In this document: positions 1-12,010 of the stretch, one piece after another
Layout of the letters: the number at the start of each line of letters is the position of its first letter
Position numbering within the stretch: position 1 is the stretch's first letter
From: Octopus bimaculoides
Lineage: Eukaryota
Reading direction: 5' to 3'
DNA: 48,604 nucleotides
Assembly (NCBI RefSeq): GCF_001194135.2
Contig: NC_068999.1
Coordinates: 6,155,853 to 6,204,456 of the forward strand
Position numbers and translations under genes: made by a program
The notes under the pieces: generated by a model
What the model saw: the letters and a program-made list of their open reading frames with translations, nothing else
What the model was told of the DNA's origin: nothing
The model's database searches: none

Positions 1-33
<33 letters not shown>

Positions 34-400
34 GAAACGCACACGCATAAACGCGGCCATATACGTAATGTATACTTGTGATCAAGCAAGCATGTTCACG
101 CACGCACACACATACAAATCTATGTAATAGATGCATAGGTATGTATGTATGTATGTATAATTAAAAAATATATAATTATTTATGTTGTCTATTGTTATTT
201 TTCCATTTATTTTTCGCTAGACTTTTTAATTTTTGATAGCAATTATATATGTACTTTTATTTCATCTTACCAATAATATATATTAAAATAATGATAATAA
301 TAAAACTGAATGCTAATAATTATTATTACAATTACATCTATAATCTTCGATAAAGATCCAACTGACGCATGTTCTCTTTCGGGGTTGGCATATTTTACAG

Positions 401-593
401 ACTATCAAGATGCCGGTTTCTGTTGCACTGAAGGACTTCGAGTCGGTCAACGTTTACCCACGTCTAGTTCAAGAGTGACCCTACGTAAGTTCTGTAATAT
501 TGTGCGCACCCAATATCAAGATGCGAATCTTCAGAGAGACCAATCAGCGTGCTCGAAGGCCTTTCTTAACTGCTGCATCCAATCAGCAACCAA
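401..593 (+). CDS. Internal coding exon encoding an anaphylatoxin-like (ANATO) six-Cys domain (domain 421-576)
   Basis: Acceptor tattttacAG ends at 400 and donor AA|GTagga starts at 594. Translation DYQDAGF-CC-TEG-x19-C-x18-C-SKAFLN-CC-IQSAT matches the ANATO pattern CCxxG...C...CxxxFxxCC of C3a/C5a/fibulin. The exon is entered in phase 1 and exits in phase 2, which joins in frame to the 1821 exon. Confidence 0.8.
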
Positions 594-696
594 GTAGGAA
601 TTATTCTTTTATATTCATTAATTTATTTTCATTAATTTCGTACAATTATGTTGGTATTTTAGTGGTGGTGTTGGTGGTGGTGTGTGTGTGTATGTA

Positions 697-1030
697 GTGG
701 GGTTAGTGGTTCGAGCGTCGGGCTCACAATCATGAGGTAGTGAGTTCGATTGCAGGACCAGGCCGTGTGTTGTGTTCTTGAGCAAGACACTTTATTTCAC
801 GCTGTTCCAGTTCACTGTAGAAATGATTTGTGACGTCACTGGTGCCAAGCTGTATCGGCCCCTTTGCCTTTCCCTTGGATAACGACAGTGGTGTAGACAG
901 GGCATGCATAGGCGACTGCTGGTCTTCCATAAACAATCTTGCCCAGAATTGTGCCTCCTCGGGAGGGAACTTTCTAGTTATAATCTCATGGTCATTCATT
1001 TACGAAGGGAATCTTTACACTTTTACCCTT
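697..1030 (+). mobile_element. tRNA-derived SINE, family A (intronic copy)
   Basis: Pol III A/B-box-like head (tagtggttcgagcg...gagttcgattgc). Colinear and highly similar to 9147-9479 over about 330 nt. Confidence 0.85.
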
Positions 1031-1196
1031 CATTTAAACATTTTTTAAAGTAATTTCTTTATCCTGATGCAGCGGGCAACGGACAAAAGATGTACCAAGT
1101 GATAACTGGAAGTTTTATCTGTGAGGTCACGAAGGCGGTGAACTGGCAGAACCGTTTAAAATTACTAGTCATGTGACTAGGAATCCTAATTACTCA

Positions 1197-1425
1197 GGAG
1201 GCATCGAGCTGGCAGAATTGTCAGCGCGTTGGACGAAATGCTCAGCCGCATTTCACCTGTCATTTGTCTGCACGTTCTGAGTTCAAATTCCGCCGTGGTC
1301 GACTTTGGCTTTTATTCTTTCGGGATGGATGAAATAAGTACCAGTGAAACACTGGGGCCAATCTAATCGACTAGTCCTCTTCTCCAAAATTTCAGGCCTT
1401 GTGCCTTTAGTAGAAAGGATTATTA
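1197..1425 (+). mobile_element. SINE-like repeat, family C (first of a tandem pair; truncated head also at about 1129-1158)
   Basis: gagctggcagaa...gttctgagttcaaattccgccgtggtcgactttg...aaataagtaccag...ggccttgtgcc, shared with 1434-1650, 27557-27777 and 31988-32400. Confidence 0.8.
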
Positions 1426-1433
1426 TTGTTTCT

Positions 1434-1650
1434 AAAGCAGCGAGCTGGCAGAATCGTTAGCGCTCTGGACAAAATGCTTAGTGGCATTTCGTCTGTCTTT
1501 ATGTTCTGAGTTCAAATTCCGCCGTGGTCGACTTTGCCTTTCATCCATTCGAGATCGATGAAATAAGTACCAGATGAGTACTGGGGTCGATGTAATCGAT
1601 TTATGCCTTCCCCCGAAATTGATGGCCTTGTGCCAAAATTTGAAGCCATT
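1434..1650 (+). mobile_element. SINE-like repeat, family C (second tandem copy)
   Basis: Same head, body and tail as 1197-1425, directly downstream of it. Confidence 0.8.
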
Positions 1651-1820
1651 TTCACTCAGGCCTGAGTGCGTAGTATTGTCGTTGTTCTTGTTAGTAAGTG
1701 ACGTTGTTCTAATTGCTGTTGTTGTTGGTTGTGACGCACTTAACAGTTGTTTAGATAGAATGCTCTGCATAAATATAAGCTTCAACTATCGTTATCTTTT
1801 ATTTTTCTTTCTCCTTCCAG

Positions 1821-2592
1821 TGAACGAGGAATCCCAACTACCACCGTGGGGCCAACAGAGCAAAGTCAAAGCAGAAAACGTCGAGGTCGAAAAGGCAAAG
1901 TGTTAAAACAACGGAAAACGCCCCAAAAAGCCAGTCGTCTTCAAAGAAGAGATAAGTTTTCAAGTGACATCGAAAATGGCGGTGGTGTTAGTGAAAGGTT
2001 TAATTCTGGCATTGACGGCATGACCACCACTGATGAACGCAAAAGGCGAGTCGCAAACGGACACAGAGGTTTAGAAAATTTCTATGATGGAAAACCCACG
2101 GGAAATAAGAGCAGAGGTAAAGCGAGGAAACTGCGAGGAAGTCGTGAAGAATATGATGATGGTATAGATGGTGATGATGATAGTGATGATGATGGTGATG
2201 ATGATGGTGGCGTTGATAAACTCTACAATTATGACGATGATGGTGCTGATGGTGATGATGATAATGATAATGTTGATGATATTAATACCGATAAAAATGA
2301 GAAACCGGAAGCGGAAGTGAAGAAAATGAAAACGAAGAGAGAAAAGAAAGAAAAGAAAGAAAAGAAAGAAGAGACTGGAATGAGAGAAGAAGAAGAAGAA
2401 GAAGAAGAAGAAGAAGAAGAAGAAGAAGAAGAAGAAAAAGAAGAAGAAGAAGAAGGAAAGAAGATAAAGGAAAGAGTGAAGATTCCGAAGAACGGACGAA
2501 ATCGCCAGTTCCTGAAAAATCGAAAGGCGTCCAATAAAAGCAGAAAAGGAAAACATCGCAGGTTAAAATCGAACAGACGCCGCCGTCATTGA
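1821..2592 (+). CDS. Terminal coding exon of the ANATO gene: Thr/Pro linker, RKRR site, basic-acidic block low-complexity tail
   Basis: Strong acceptor tttttctttctccttccAG ends at 1820. AA (592-593) + T (1821) gives AAT and the frame ...SATNERGIPTTTVGPTEQSQSRKRRG..., open to TGA at 2590-2592. Contains a D-rich block, KEKKEKKEKKE, E17-K-E5 (2386-2454) and a basic end. Confidence 0.75.
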
Positions 2593-2967
2593 AACAATCG
2601 CTATTGAATCTAAACAACACCCACACACACATTGTGGGTGGGTGTGTATATATATATAGATATATATATAATGTGCATGTTTCGTTTGCTATTATTATTC
2701 ATTATATAAATTATCTTGTATGTGTAATTATTGTAATATATATATATATATACATATGTAGATAGTGTAATATATGTAAATATTTGTATATATTGTAAAT
2801 CGATATAAATATACGCATCCATGTATAACCATACACACACACACACAAACGCGCTTATACAGAAGTATATACTCATACACACACGTATACACGCAAACAC
2901 GCACACATCAGCCTGTGCAAAATGCACACCTCATTAACATAATTTATTTATTGTATACACTTTTACG

Positions 2968-2973
2968 AATAAA
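2968..2973 (+). promoter_or_regulatory. Candidate polyadenylation signal for the ANATO gene
   Basis: First clear AATAAA about 375 nt after the stop, followed by T-rich sequence. The hexamer is common in AT-rich DNA. Confidence 0.25.
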
Positions 2974-3035
2974 ATTTTTTTAAAGTAAATTAGACATTTA
3001 TTTTTCTTCAATATACATTTCTCTCTCTCTCTCTC

Positions 3036-3079
<44 letters not shown>

Positions 3080-3747
3080 TCTCCCTCTCTCTCTCTCGCT
3101 CTCTCTCACTCTTTCTGTCTGCCTGCCTCCCTGTCTGTCTATCTCACGACCTTTTGTTATTATTAATAGACAAAATTTACAGAGTGACAATGGACGAAGC
3201 TCTCGGTCCTTGAGTAACTCTGTAACCTCTACCGATTGATAATATATATCTATACATATAATGTTCATGTTTGGCGGTTAAATTTTCCTCCTTGTATCAC
3301 CAAACCTGTCTGTTTGTCTGCCTGCTCGTCTGCCTGTCTGATTGTCATACGTTCTTCCCTCTAAAACGTCCAATGTTCTATATTCGTTCCCGAGATGACC
3401 AAAAATGCAGAGAAGCACGGATAAAGATAGGTGTACAGTCGTTTAACTTGAGTGGAATGTTCTTTACATATAACAATAATTACTTTAGTTGAAAAAGAAC
3501 TAGTTAAAAAGAACATGGTATCACAGAATCCTTATCTTAAAACAGAAATAGAGAAACGAAACGAACATTTCACTTCCATTAAACAAATTTTATACAAACT
3601 TTTACCCCCTCTATATTCATTCAGAAGAAACAGAAAATCTGGCAAGGGAGATAACTTTCCTTATAAGCGTCCAGGAGTTGCTTCCCATAAAAGATTCATT
3701 ATTTTCTGTAAAATACAGTGAGTAGAACGGATCGAACCCGTTACAGA

Positions 3748-3905
3748 TTACTCTTTTACTCTTTTACTTGTTTCAGTCATTCGACTGCGGCCATGCTGGA
3801 GCAACACCTTTAATCGAACAAATCGACCCCAGGACTTATTCTTTGTATACCTAGTACTTATTCTATCGGTCTCTTTTTGCCGAACCGCTAAGGTTACGGG
3901 GACGT

Positions 3906-3909
<4 letters not shown>
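3748..3909 (+). mobile_element. Dispersed repeat, family D
   Basis: ttactcttttactcttttacttgtttcagtcatt...ccgaaccgctaag...ggacgtaaac. A near-identical reverse-complement copy lies at 40403-40612 and a diverged copy at about 48210-48370. Confidence 0.8.
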
Positions 3910-3979
<70 letters not shown>

Positions 3980-3990
3980 GCATACACATG

Positions 3991-4112
3991 ACTGGCTTCT
4001 TTCAGTTTCCGTCTACCAAATCCACTCACAAGGCTTGGTAGAAGACAGTTGCCTAAGGCGGGACTGAACCTAGAACCCTGTGGTTGAGAAGCAAGCTTCT
4101 TACGCCCGCGCC
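3991..4112 (-). mobile_element. SINE-like repeat, family E (deleted copy)
   Basis: Reverse complement of the aagaagcttgct...ccttgtgagtggatttggtagacggaaactgaaagaagcc element seen at 9517-9672. Confidence 0.75.
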
Positions 4113-6257
4113 TTCTCATTTTATTTCATTTTGCATTTTGTTTTTGCTGCTGGTTGCCCCACGATGGTCATTGGCACTTGTAGATCGATGCCATCGATGT
4201 TCGGTTCGAACAGTTTGTAAGTTAGCATGTGCGGGAGAGACCCGTGCAGCGTAGGATTTTCGAAGGGCTGAGATTGTCAGAAGGATCGTCACTGCCTGGC
4301 TGTTAGTGCTTGGGGTCTCGGTGGTTGGACAGAACATAAATTATGATTGGGGGAGAGGTAACACAGTCGAGTTGAAAGAAGCTGAGTAGAGGTGGCATTA
4401 ATCTCAGTCAGTTCATTGGAACAGGTCCATGTGTTTAGCGGTATACAGTACCTTGTGGTTATGGGTTGGGTCACGGTGGTTGAAGATGACAAAGACTTCG
4501 AAAACGTAGCAAAACGAGACGAATGAGTCCGGAGTACCTGAGCGCAGATGGTATTAGTTCAACCGGTTCCGATAGCCAGATGCATCATAGCAGTAGTAGA
4601 ATAAAAGGAAAGGAACATGGGACTACGTGTAACCGCTATTACGAGTCGTGAGTGTGAGACACCACAAATGTGAAGAGAGGAACGATAGTATTGAAAGGGG
4701 CTCCGGGTTATCAGTCCGCACCCATCCACTCCGTCACACTTAGAGATCGTTTGCCTCGACTGCAGCAACGAAGGTGTCCGGTCGGTATAATGCTTTTCCT
4801 GGTCAAGAGAAAAGGAGAGACGAGTCACTCACCTGGGGTGTCATGTGTTCTGATTTATTTATTCAACGTTGTCCCTTCGGCTACAAACATGGAAGATGGA
4901 AGATGGAAGCTGCCGTTCGTTGTGGATTGACAGAAACGTTTGTGCACCGGACAAAAACCCTTACGATGTGTATGTATGTATGTATATATATAATACAATA
5001 CAAAGAATATATATGCATGTATACACACATATATGTATATACTTACATCTACATGTGTATATAGATGCATATCAGGGTACAGGACGTTAGAACAATGAAC
5101 TACAGACAACGGAACGAACACATAGGAAAACAGAAAGCCACTTGGAATTATTCATCAGCTGCCTCTATTCTAACTAGACGTTTCGAAGTATGTATATATA
5201 TGTATATATATGTATATATATATATATATTTATATATATNNNNNNNNNNNNNNNNNNNNNNNNNNNNNNNNNNNNNNNNNNNNNNNNNNNNNNNNNNNNN
5301 NNNNNNNNNNNNNNNNNNNNNNNNNNNNNNNNNNNNNNNNNNNNNNNNNNNNNNNNNNNNNNNNNNNNNNNNNNNNNNNNNNNNNNNNNNNNNNNNNNNN
5401 NNNNNNNNNNNNNNNNNNNNNNNNNNNNNNNNNNNNNNNNNNNNNNNNNNNNNNNNNNNNNNNNNNNNNNNNNNNNNNNNNNNNNNNNNNNNNNNNNNNN
5501 NNNNNNNNNNNNNNNNNNNNNNNNNNNNNNNNNNNNNNNNNNNNNNNNNNNNNNNNNNNNNNNNNNNNNNNNNNNNNNNNNNNNNNNNNNNNNNNNNNNN
5601 NNNNNNNNNNNNNNNNNNNNNNNNNNNNNNNNNNNNNNNNNNNNNNNNNNNNNNNNNNNNNNNNNNNNNNNNNNNNNNNNNNNNNNNNNNNNNNNNNNNN
5701 NNNNNNNNNNNNNNNNNNNNNATATATACATATATAATATACATACATAGATAGATACATACATCGACCATTTTTACTTGAAGTCGCACTATTCTATGCT
5801 AAATTTTGAATAAGCCGAGCCGGGGTGCGGTTTATACACGAATTAATACGTTTTCAAATTGGCTGTATGAATATCATATGGACCGACCGAATTTGAAACC
5901 AGTTTGATAGGTAGCCAATGGACGAAACAATCCACCCTTGAGCCACTCTGTACAATCTGCCGACTGAATAAGATGAATAAATGCAAAGTACTGGGGTGAT
6001 AACGATACAAACAAGAGCCCGTATGTGCCTTGTTGATATTCTTCTGAGAGTTAAGCAAATGGACATTCATTTACTTGTGTAGGAGATAGCTGTTGGGAAT
6101 TGTCAACTGGTTTTGGCGATAGAATATACAATAATGGAGTTGTTTTTCAAGGGAAATAACTTAATGTGAGTAATCTCCCTTGAAAACATTTTTTTAAATA
6201 TTTTATTTGATATATCTCAAGGAGCGGCCAGGGAATAAATAAATCTATCTATCTATG

Positions 6258-6319
<62 letters not shown>

Positions 6320-6762
6320 GCTCTATCTATCTATCTATCTATCTACCTACCTCTTTGTTTGTATGTCTGTCCGATATGTATTAGACACAAACTCATATTT
6401 TACCCCCACACACAAATATACATACACCCCGCTCTTTCCCCCTCTCTCTGTGTCTCTGTTAAAAAGAGAAAAAGAAAACATATATGTGTATGCATAAAAG
6501 TTTTCAAATTAGGAAATACAGAGGAGGGCATACATACATATATGTATAGACATACCTAAATACATACATACATACATACATACATACATACATACATACA
6601 TACATACATACATACAAATAGTTTAAACAATTATCATTGGTGTTATGTTGAGAGCAAATTCTTTTCATTCGTATAATATAAAAGATGAATTTCACATTAT
6701 TGCAAACCACGCATGTCTCGTTGTTATTGTTGCGATTGTTAAAGGAGGTAGAGCATCAGGTA

Positions 6763-6763
<1 letters not shown>

Positions 6764-6793
<30 letters not shown>

Positions 6794-7005
6794 CTTCTTC
6801 TTCTTCTTCTTCTTCTTCTTCTTCTTCTTCTTCTTCTTCTTCTTCTTCTTCTTCTTCTTCTTCTTCTTCTTCTTCTTCTTCTTCTTCTCCTCCTCCACCT
6901 CCTCCTCCTCCTCATCATTATTATTAATATTATTATAGTTGTTGTTGTTGTTGCTGTTGTTGTTGTTGTTGTTGCTGTTGTTGTTGTTGATGATGATGAT
7001 GTTAT
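6764..7005. repeat. Compound trinucleotide microsatellite: about 41 x CTT, then CCT, ATT, GTT, GAT
   Basis: Read directly. It explains the poly-F/S/K/R ORFs in the track. Confidence 0.95.
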
Positions 7006-7103
7006 TATTATCATATTCTGCCTATGAAAAGCTTTATTCTTTAACATATTCTTGGGTCGTATAACAATAGGTATGCTTCCATGCAAAGATAAACACATCC
7101 ACA

Positions 7104-7153
<50 letters not shown>

Positions 7154-8069
7154 TATATATATATGTATATCTATCTAGCCATATGTATGTATGTATGTAT
7201 GTATGTATTTTAATTGTTAAGCGTGCTTTAGGAACAAAGTACAATAGAAGTTGGAAACAAAAGAATGAAATCAAAGACATAGAAACACAACAGTTAACAC
7301 TTTCACTTGTCTTGTAATATTCCGTACAAAAATGCCCTTTATCAAACTAAAAAAGCAACAACAACAACAAAATGAATAAAATTATTTTTTTTCATTAGCT
7401 TTGTTCTAAACCAACATATGGGGATGGTGGCGGGAGCGCAGCATGTGTTGGTTAGTTGGTTGGTTGGTCGGGTTGCATTAAGGAATTATTGTCATGCGCA
7501 TGTCTTGTTTGTTGTTGATAAATGATTCTGACTTCGTGATCACGATATCTTGGATGCCATCAATCTCGACGTGGGTTTGAAAGTTGGGGGGATTTTTATT
7601 AAGTTATTTTTTACAACTACACAAACACACAAACATATATACACATGCGTACATTTGCATACATCTATATACATAAATGTGTAATGATGTCTGTCTGTGT
7701 GTGTGTTTGGGGTTACTCTAACTCCTCCCACACCATCAAACCCATTTTAATGATTTTTGGCACACAGGTAAATCACATGCCCTGAAGTTCAAATAAAGCT
7801 AGAATTTTTCAAAAACTCAATAATGCTCAGTTGGCGTCTATTTTTGTGAGCTCAATCGGGCGTTTGAATGGAAATTCCCATAACGATGTTATTTTTCTTG
7901 TAGCTTTTGCAAGCCCATATCTCTGTTATTCACTTCTCTCTGTTGGAACCGCATCTCCTACTTAATATGACACTCACCTTCACTGTTACAACTTGTTGAA
8001 CCAGCTTCCACTGGTCTTAAATATCGCTAGTATATCATTTCATCATGTTGAATCATTAATTCCTACACA

Positions 8070-8213
8070 TTTTTTCTCTTCCCCCTTTTTTCGTTCTGTC
8101 TCCCATTTGTCGTCTCAACCGTTTCTGTTGAAGAGCGTAGGCTTGAAACGTCAACCACTTTTCCATTCTTCCTGAGCGTTAAACTAATAAACTTGCTTGT
8201 TGTTGCCTCACCT
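8070..8213 (+). repeat. Dispersed repeat carrying a hammerhead-ribozyme-like motif (copy A; motif 8122-8156)
   Basis: TTT-CTGTTGA-A-GAGC-GTAG-GCTT-GAAAC-GTC-AA. Downstream sequence (cctgagcgttaaactaata...cacct) is homologous to the reverse complements of 38420-38530 and 48405-48560. Confidence 0.65.
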
Positions 8214-9009
8214 AATATATATATATATATANNNNNNNNNNNNNNNNNNNNNNNNNNNNNNNNNNNNNNNNNNNNNNNNNNNNNNNNNNNNNNNNNNNAT
8301 ATATATACTTTCTTTTATATACATATGTATATATGTATAGATTCTATAGCTATAAATATATGCATTTATATACGTATGTATTTATCTATTTGTCTGCATG
8401 TGTGCTTATGTATTTATTCACACAGCTTACGAATAAACTGAAGTAGGTATAAAACGTTTCATCGTTTATAAGAAACTCGAAAAAAGATTGTGAAATTTTA
8501 TGAGAAATTTGCCAATTCTATTTGCAATATTGTGGAAACATATCCCTACCGAGTGTCATTATATAACTCGAGATTTTCGATTAGTTGGCTCCATGACAAA
8601 GTAACTTAATATATCTATCGTGAAATAATATACTAGAAAAGCTATCAATTGATTTATGTATTGCAATATCTAAGTGGGACATTTAAAATATTGATCTTAT
8701 ATACAAATGGGAGTTTTGTACGTTGTGTATGAAGAGTAGAGTTTTCGTTGTTTGTATAGAAGTTAGTAAGACGCGACCCTGGTGAAATATGAATTCTAAG
8801 ACTTGGTGGTGCTGATGTAACACGGAGCAGATATACATTGGTGCTGTTCCGACAAGTCAGATAAATATAAGTATAAAATGTGCAGACATTACTGTGCGGT
8901 TATGAAGTTCGTTTTGTAACCACGTAGTGTCGGGTTCAGTTCCACTGCGTATCATCTTGAGCAAGCGTTTCGTACTATGTCCCCGGGCCAACCAATATGC
9001 GAATGATTC

Positions 9010-9125
9010 AATAATATCAAATCAATGTAAAACATGCTCTCTTAATGATAGCATGTTATATATGCATACTAGTGGGAAGATGCTATCATAAGGATAGCAT
9101 GTTTTTACATTGAGTTGATATTATT
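9010..9125. repeat. Inverted repeat / hairpin: about 45-bp arms (9010-9054, 9080-9125) with a 25-nt spacer
   Basis: Left arm aataatatcaaatcaatgtaaaacatgctctcttaatgatagcat versus reverse complement of the right arm aataatatcaactcaatgtaaaaacatgctatccttatgatagcat; about 5 differences. Confidence 0.85.
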
Positions 9126-9146
9126 ATATCATATCTATATATAAGT

Positions 9147-9479
9147 GAAGGCACATGGCTCAGTGATTAGAGCGTCGGGCTCACTATCATGAGGTAGTGA
9201 GTTCGATTCCTGTGCTGGGCTGTGTGTTGGGTTCTTTAGTAAGATTCATTATTTCATGCTGTTCCAGTTCTTTCAGCTATAGTATTCAGTTGCGACGTCA
9301 CTGGTACCAAGCTGTATCGGCCCCTTTGTCTTTCCCGTGGACAACATCAGTGGCATGGAGAGGGGAAGATGGGGTGCGTGGTGACTGCTGATCTGCCATA
9401 AACAGTATTGCTCGGACTTGTTCCTCGGAGGGGAACTTTCTAGGTGCAATCCCATGGTCATTCGTGACCGAAGGGGGTC
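9147..9479 (+). mobile_element. tRNA-derived SINE, family A
   Basis: A-box TGGCTCAGTGA and B-box GTTCGATTCC. The body matches 697-1030. Confidence 0.85.
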
Positions 9480-9516
9480 ATCATATACATACATACATAC
9501 ATAAATACATACATGT

Positions 9517-9672
9517 ATGGTTGTGTGGTAAGAAGCTTGCTTCCAAACGACATGGTTCCGGGTTCAGTTTCACTGCGTGGCACCTTGGCCAAGTGTTTCG
9601 TACTATAGCCTCGGACTGACCAAAGCCTTGTGAGTGGATTTGGTACATGGAAACTGAAAGAGGCATGTCGTA
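9517..9672 (+). mobile_element. SINE-like repeat, family E
   Basis: gtggtaagaagcttgcttcc...gggttcagt...ggcaccttgg...actatagcctcgg...gtggatttggta, ending in TA/TG microsatellite. Homologues at 3991, 18061 and 34191. Confidence 0.8.
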
Positions 9673-9695
9673 TATACATACATATATATATATAC

Positions 9696-9735
<40 letters not shown>

Positions 9736-9738
<3 letters not shown>

Positions 9739-9880
9739 ATGGCACATAGTTGCTTCATCCCAAACAATGAGTTTGCACTTTTTCAAATTTACCGCTTAGT
9801 CCCAAGAATGCATTTTGTGGCACGTTGTTTTCGTCGTTGAATTCTACGTTGATGTGTGCATGAAATGTTTTGCAGAACAT
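9736..9880 (-). pseudogene. Helitron RepHel (PIF1-type helicase) fossil fragment, motif II
   Basis: 9786-9736 reads LKKCKLIVWDEATMCHK, matching the Helitron helicase Walker-B segment (recalled consensus CKLIVWDEcTMaHK). It is cut off by a CA microsatellite and preceded by an in-frame stop. Upstream similarity is weak and frameshifted. Confidence 0.6.
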
Positions 9881-10601
9881 CTTCTTGTGGGGTATGACCC
9901 ATCGATTGTCAACCAAAATTCTTAGTTATGACCTTTGTTGATGATTGTTGTGTATGGGAGACAATCAATTTCTGACTGTTACTTTGCAAAGTGCAGATTT
10001 TCTGACCCTAGAAGGTCTGTACTTCTGACTCTATATTACGCCCTAAGTGAAAAATCTAAATAGAGTAGAGCCATCTGTGAAACATAAATGATGTATTTGC
10101 CAAGTGTGAACGAAATGAGATGAAAAATATTGGTTTTACGTGGGACCAAGTAATGGTCGGTCACAGACACACACACATTTTCTGTCTTAAATATTATATA
10201 TATATATAATATCCTTTTCTAACTCTTACTTCCCTTCGCGCCCGTGCGCGTATGTGTTCTCTTATTCTTTCATATGTTTCAGCCCTACGCCTGTAGCCAT
10301 GCAAGGGCACCATAATTTTGTTAGCTCTTGTCTTGTTCTTCTTGTTGGTATTACTGTGGTTATTTAGAACAATAGAACGTGGTATAATACTTATATCTCG
10401 TTCTTGACAACACATCAACGAAAACAAGGGAAATTTTCTTTTTTTTCTTTAAATACGATAGTATTTGCCTTACAAGCAATAAGGATATGAAAACAGTCCA
10501 AGTCGGAAAGATCTTGGCACGCTCATCAATGTTTATGATAAGTGTATATATTTAAGAGGAAGCTCATTAAATTTGGGTTGTCACCAAATTGCGTGTAAGA
10601 T

Positions 10602-10656
<55 letters not shown>

Positions 10657-11003
10657 AACACACACTGTCTCCTGACTTATCATCTTGGTTTGTTTGCGCC
10701 TAATTCTGTCTGTTTCTATTCGTAAATATAAACATATATATGCGCACGCGTGTGCATGTCTCAATCTATATATCGATATATGTATTCTCATACGCATATG
10801 CGTGTAGTTTATGTACGTATACACACACACGCACACACATACATATATACACACATTTATGTATACTTACATATAGATATATACATATATATACATATAT
10901 ATATACATATATACATGTATATACATATATATATATACATATATATATACATACATACATATATATGTACGTATATACATATGGTTATATATATATATAT
11001 GTA

Positions 11004-11069
<66 letters not shown>

Positions 11070-11975
11070 AAGCAAGTGTTGCTATTATTTTCTTGTTATC
11101 AGAAAACAGAGAGGTTCTTTTACCTTGTTGATCAGATCAAAACCAAGATAAAAAAAGTTCTGGAGGGATTTAAAATATTTTAATGAAACTATAAATAAAT
11201 AGACTGAATAAAAAATTGAATATCTTTTGTTTTTGCTTCTGGTCGCATAATGCGCAGCCCGGGTTCGTTTCTCAGTCATGCCGTTGATTTAAATTCCAAG
11301 AAAACTCTGTACAATGCAGTAGAGTACAGATAGCATAGCACAGACAATAGAGTACAGGCGTCTATCACTCGTAACTTGTACTATGCTTTATTTAATTGTG
11401 TTAGGTAGCTATGTAGTTGCGAGCAAACATTAATCTGTGGTTTGACAGAATCGGTGGAGCATCGGACAAAATACCTGGTGCTATTTATTTTATTTTATTT
11501 CCCTGGGTACAAATCCCTTTGAGGTCATCTTGGTTTTTCATTCTCTCGTGTTCGATTAAATACAGTACAAGCTAAATGTACAAACTAATTTTAGACCATT
11601 CTCTCTTGTGTCCATAACTGGTATTACCATTATTATGGTATCTTCCCAAGGGTCCAAGACACCTCGAATGCGCGAATTATCCGGAGAATACTATTTAAGA
11701 CTTTTAACATTAACAGGGTTCCTCTGAAGAATCTCTGGAGTAGCGTTACTCGACATGGTGCCTTTTTCGGTTATCAGGACAGAAGCCGAGCCAACTGGCA
11801 GGAGACCCTGGAATAGAAGAAGAACCGAGTGATTAGATAAGAATAACAGTTTCTGTTGGTTATGCTTGGAAATCTAACCGGGATATGCGATGAGAGTTGC
11901 TTCTGAGAAGACGCTATAGACGAGATGCCGGAGGGGCTCTGCTGGACTCTATTGTCTGAGGAATAATGGGTGGAG

Positions 11976-12010
<35 letters not shown>

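Noticed and set aside
4140-4960. GC-richer unique-looking block with several short ORFs
   Set aside because: No recognisable domain or consistent splice sites. Probably an old mobile-element remnant, but I cannot assign it.
5925-5970. YSVGRLY..SRV resembling Helitron helicase motif VI (FSHGQLYVAxSRV)
   Set aside because: It needs a frameshift and the upstream motif V is absent; too short to call.
6144-6186. 11-bp perfect inverted repeat ttttcaaggga/tcccttgaaaa
   Set aside because: Short, AT-rich and single; not beyond chance expectation and has no context.
9147-9215. tRNA-like A/B boxes as true tRNA genes (also 21774, 25884, 41341)
   Set aside because: They continue into shared SINE bodies, and I could not fold a complete cloverleaf with an acceptor stem.
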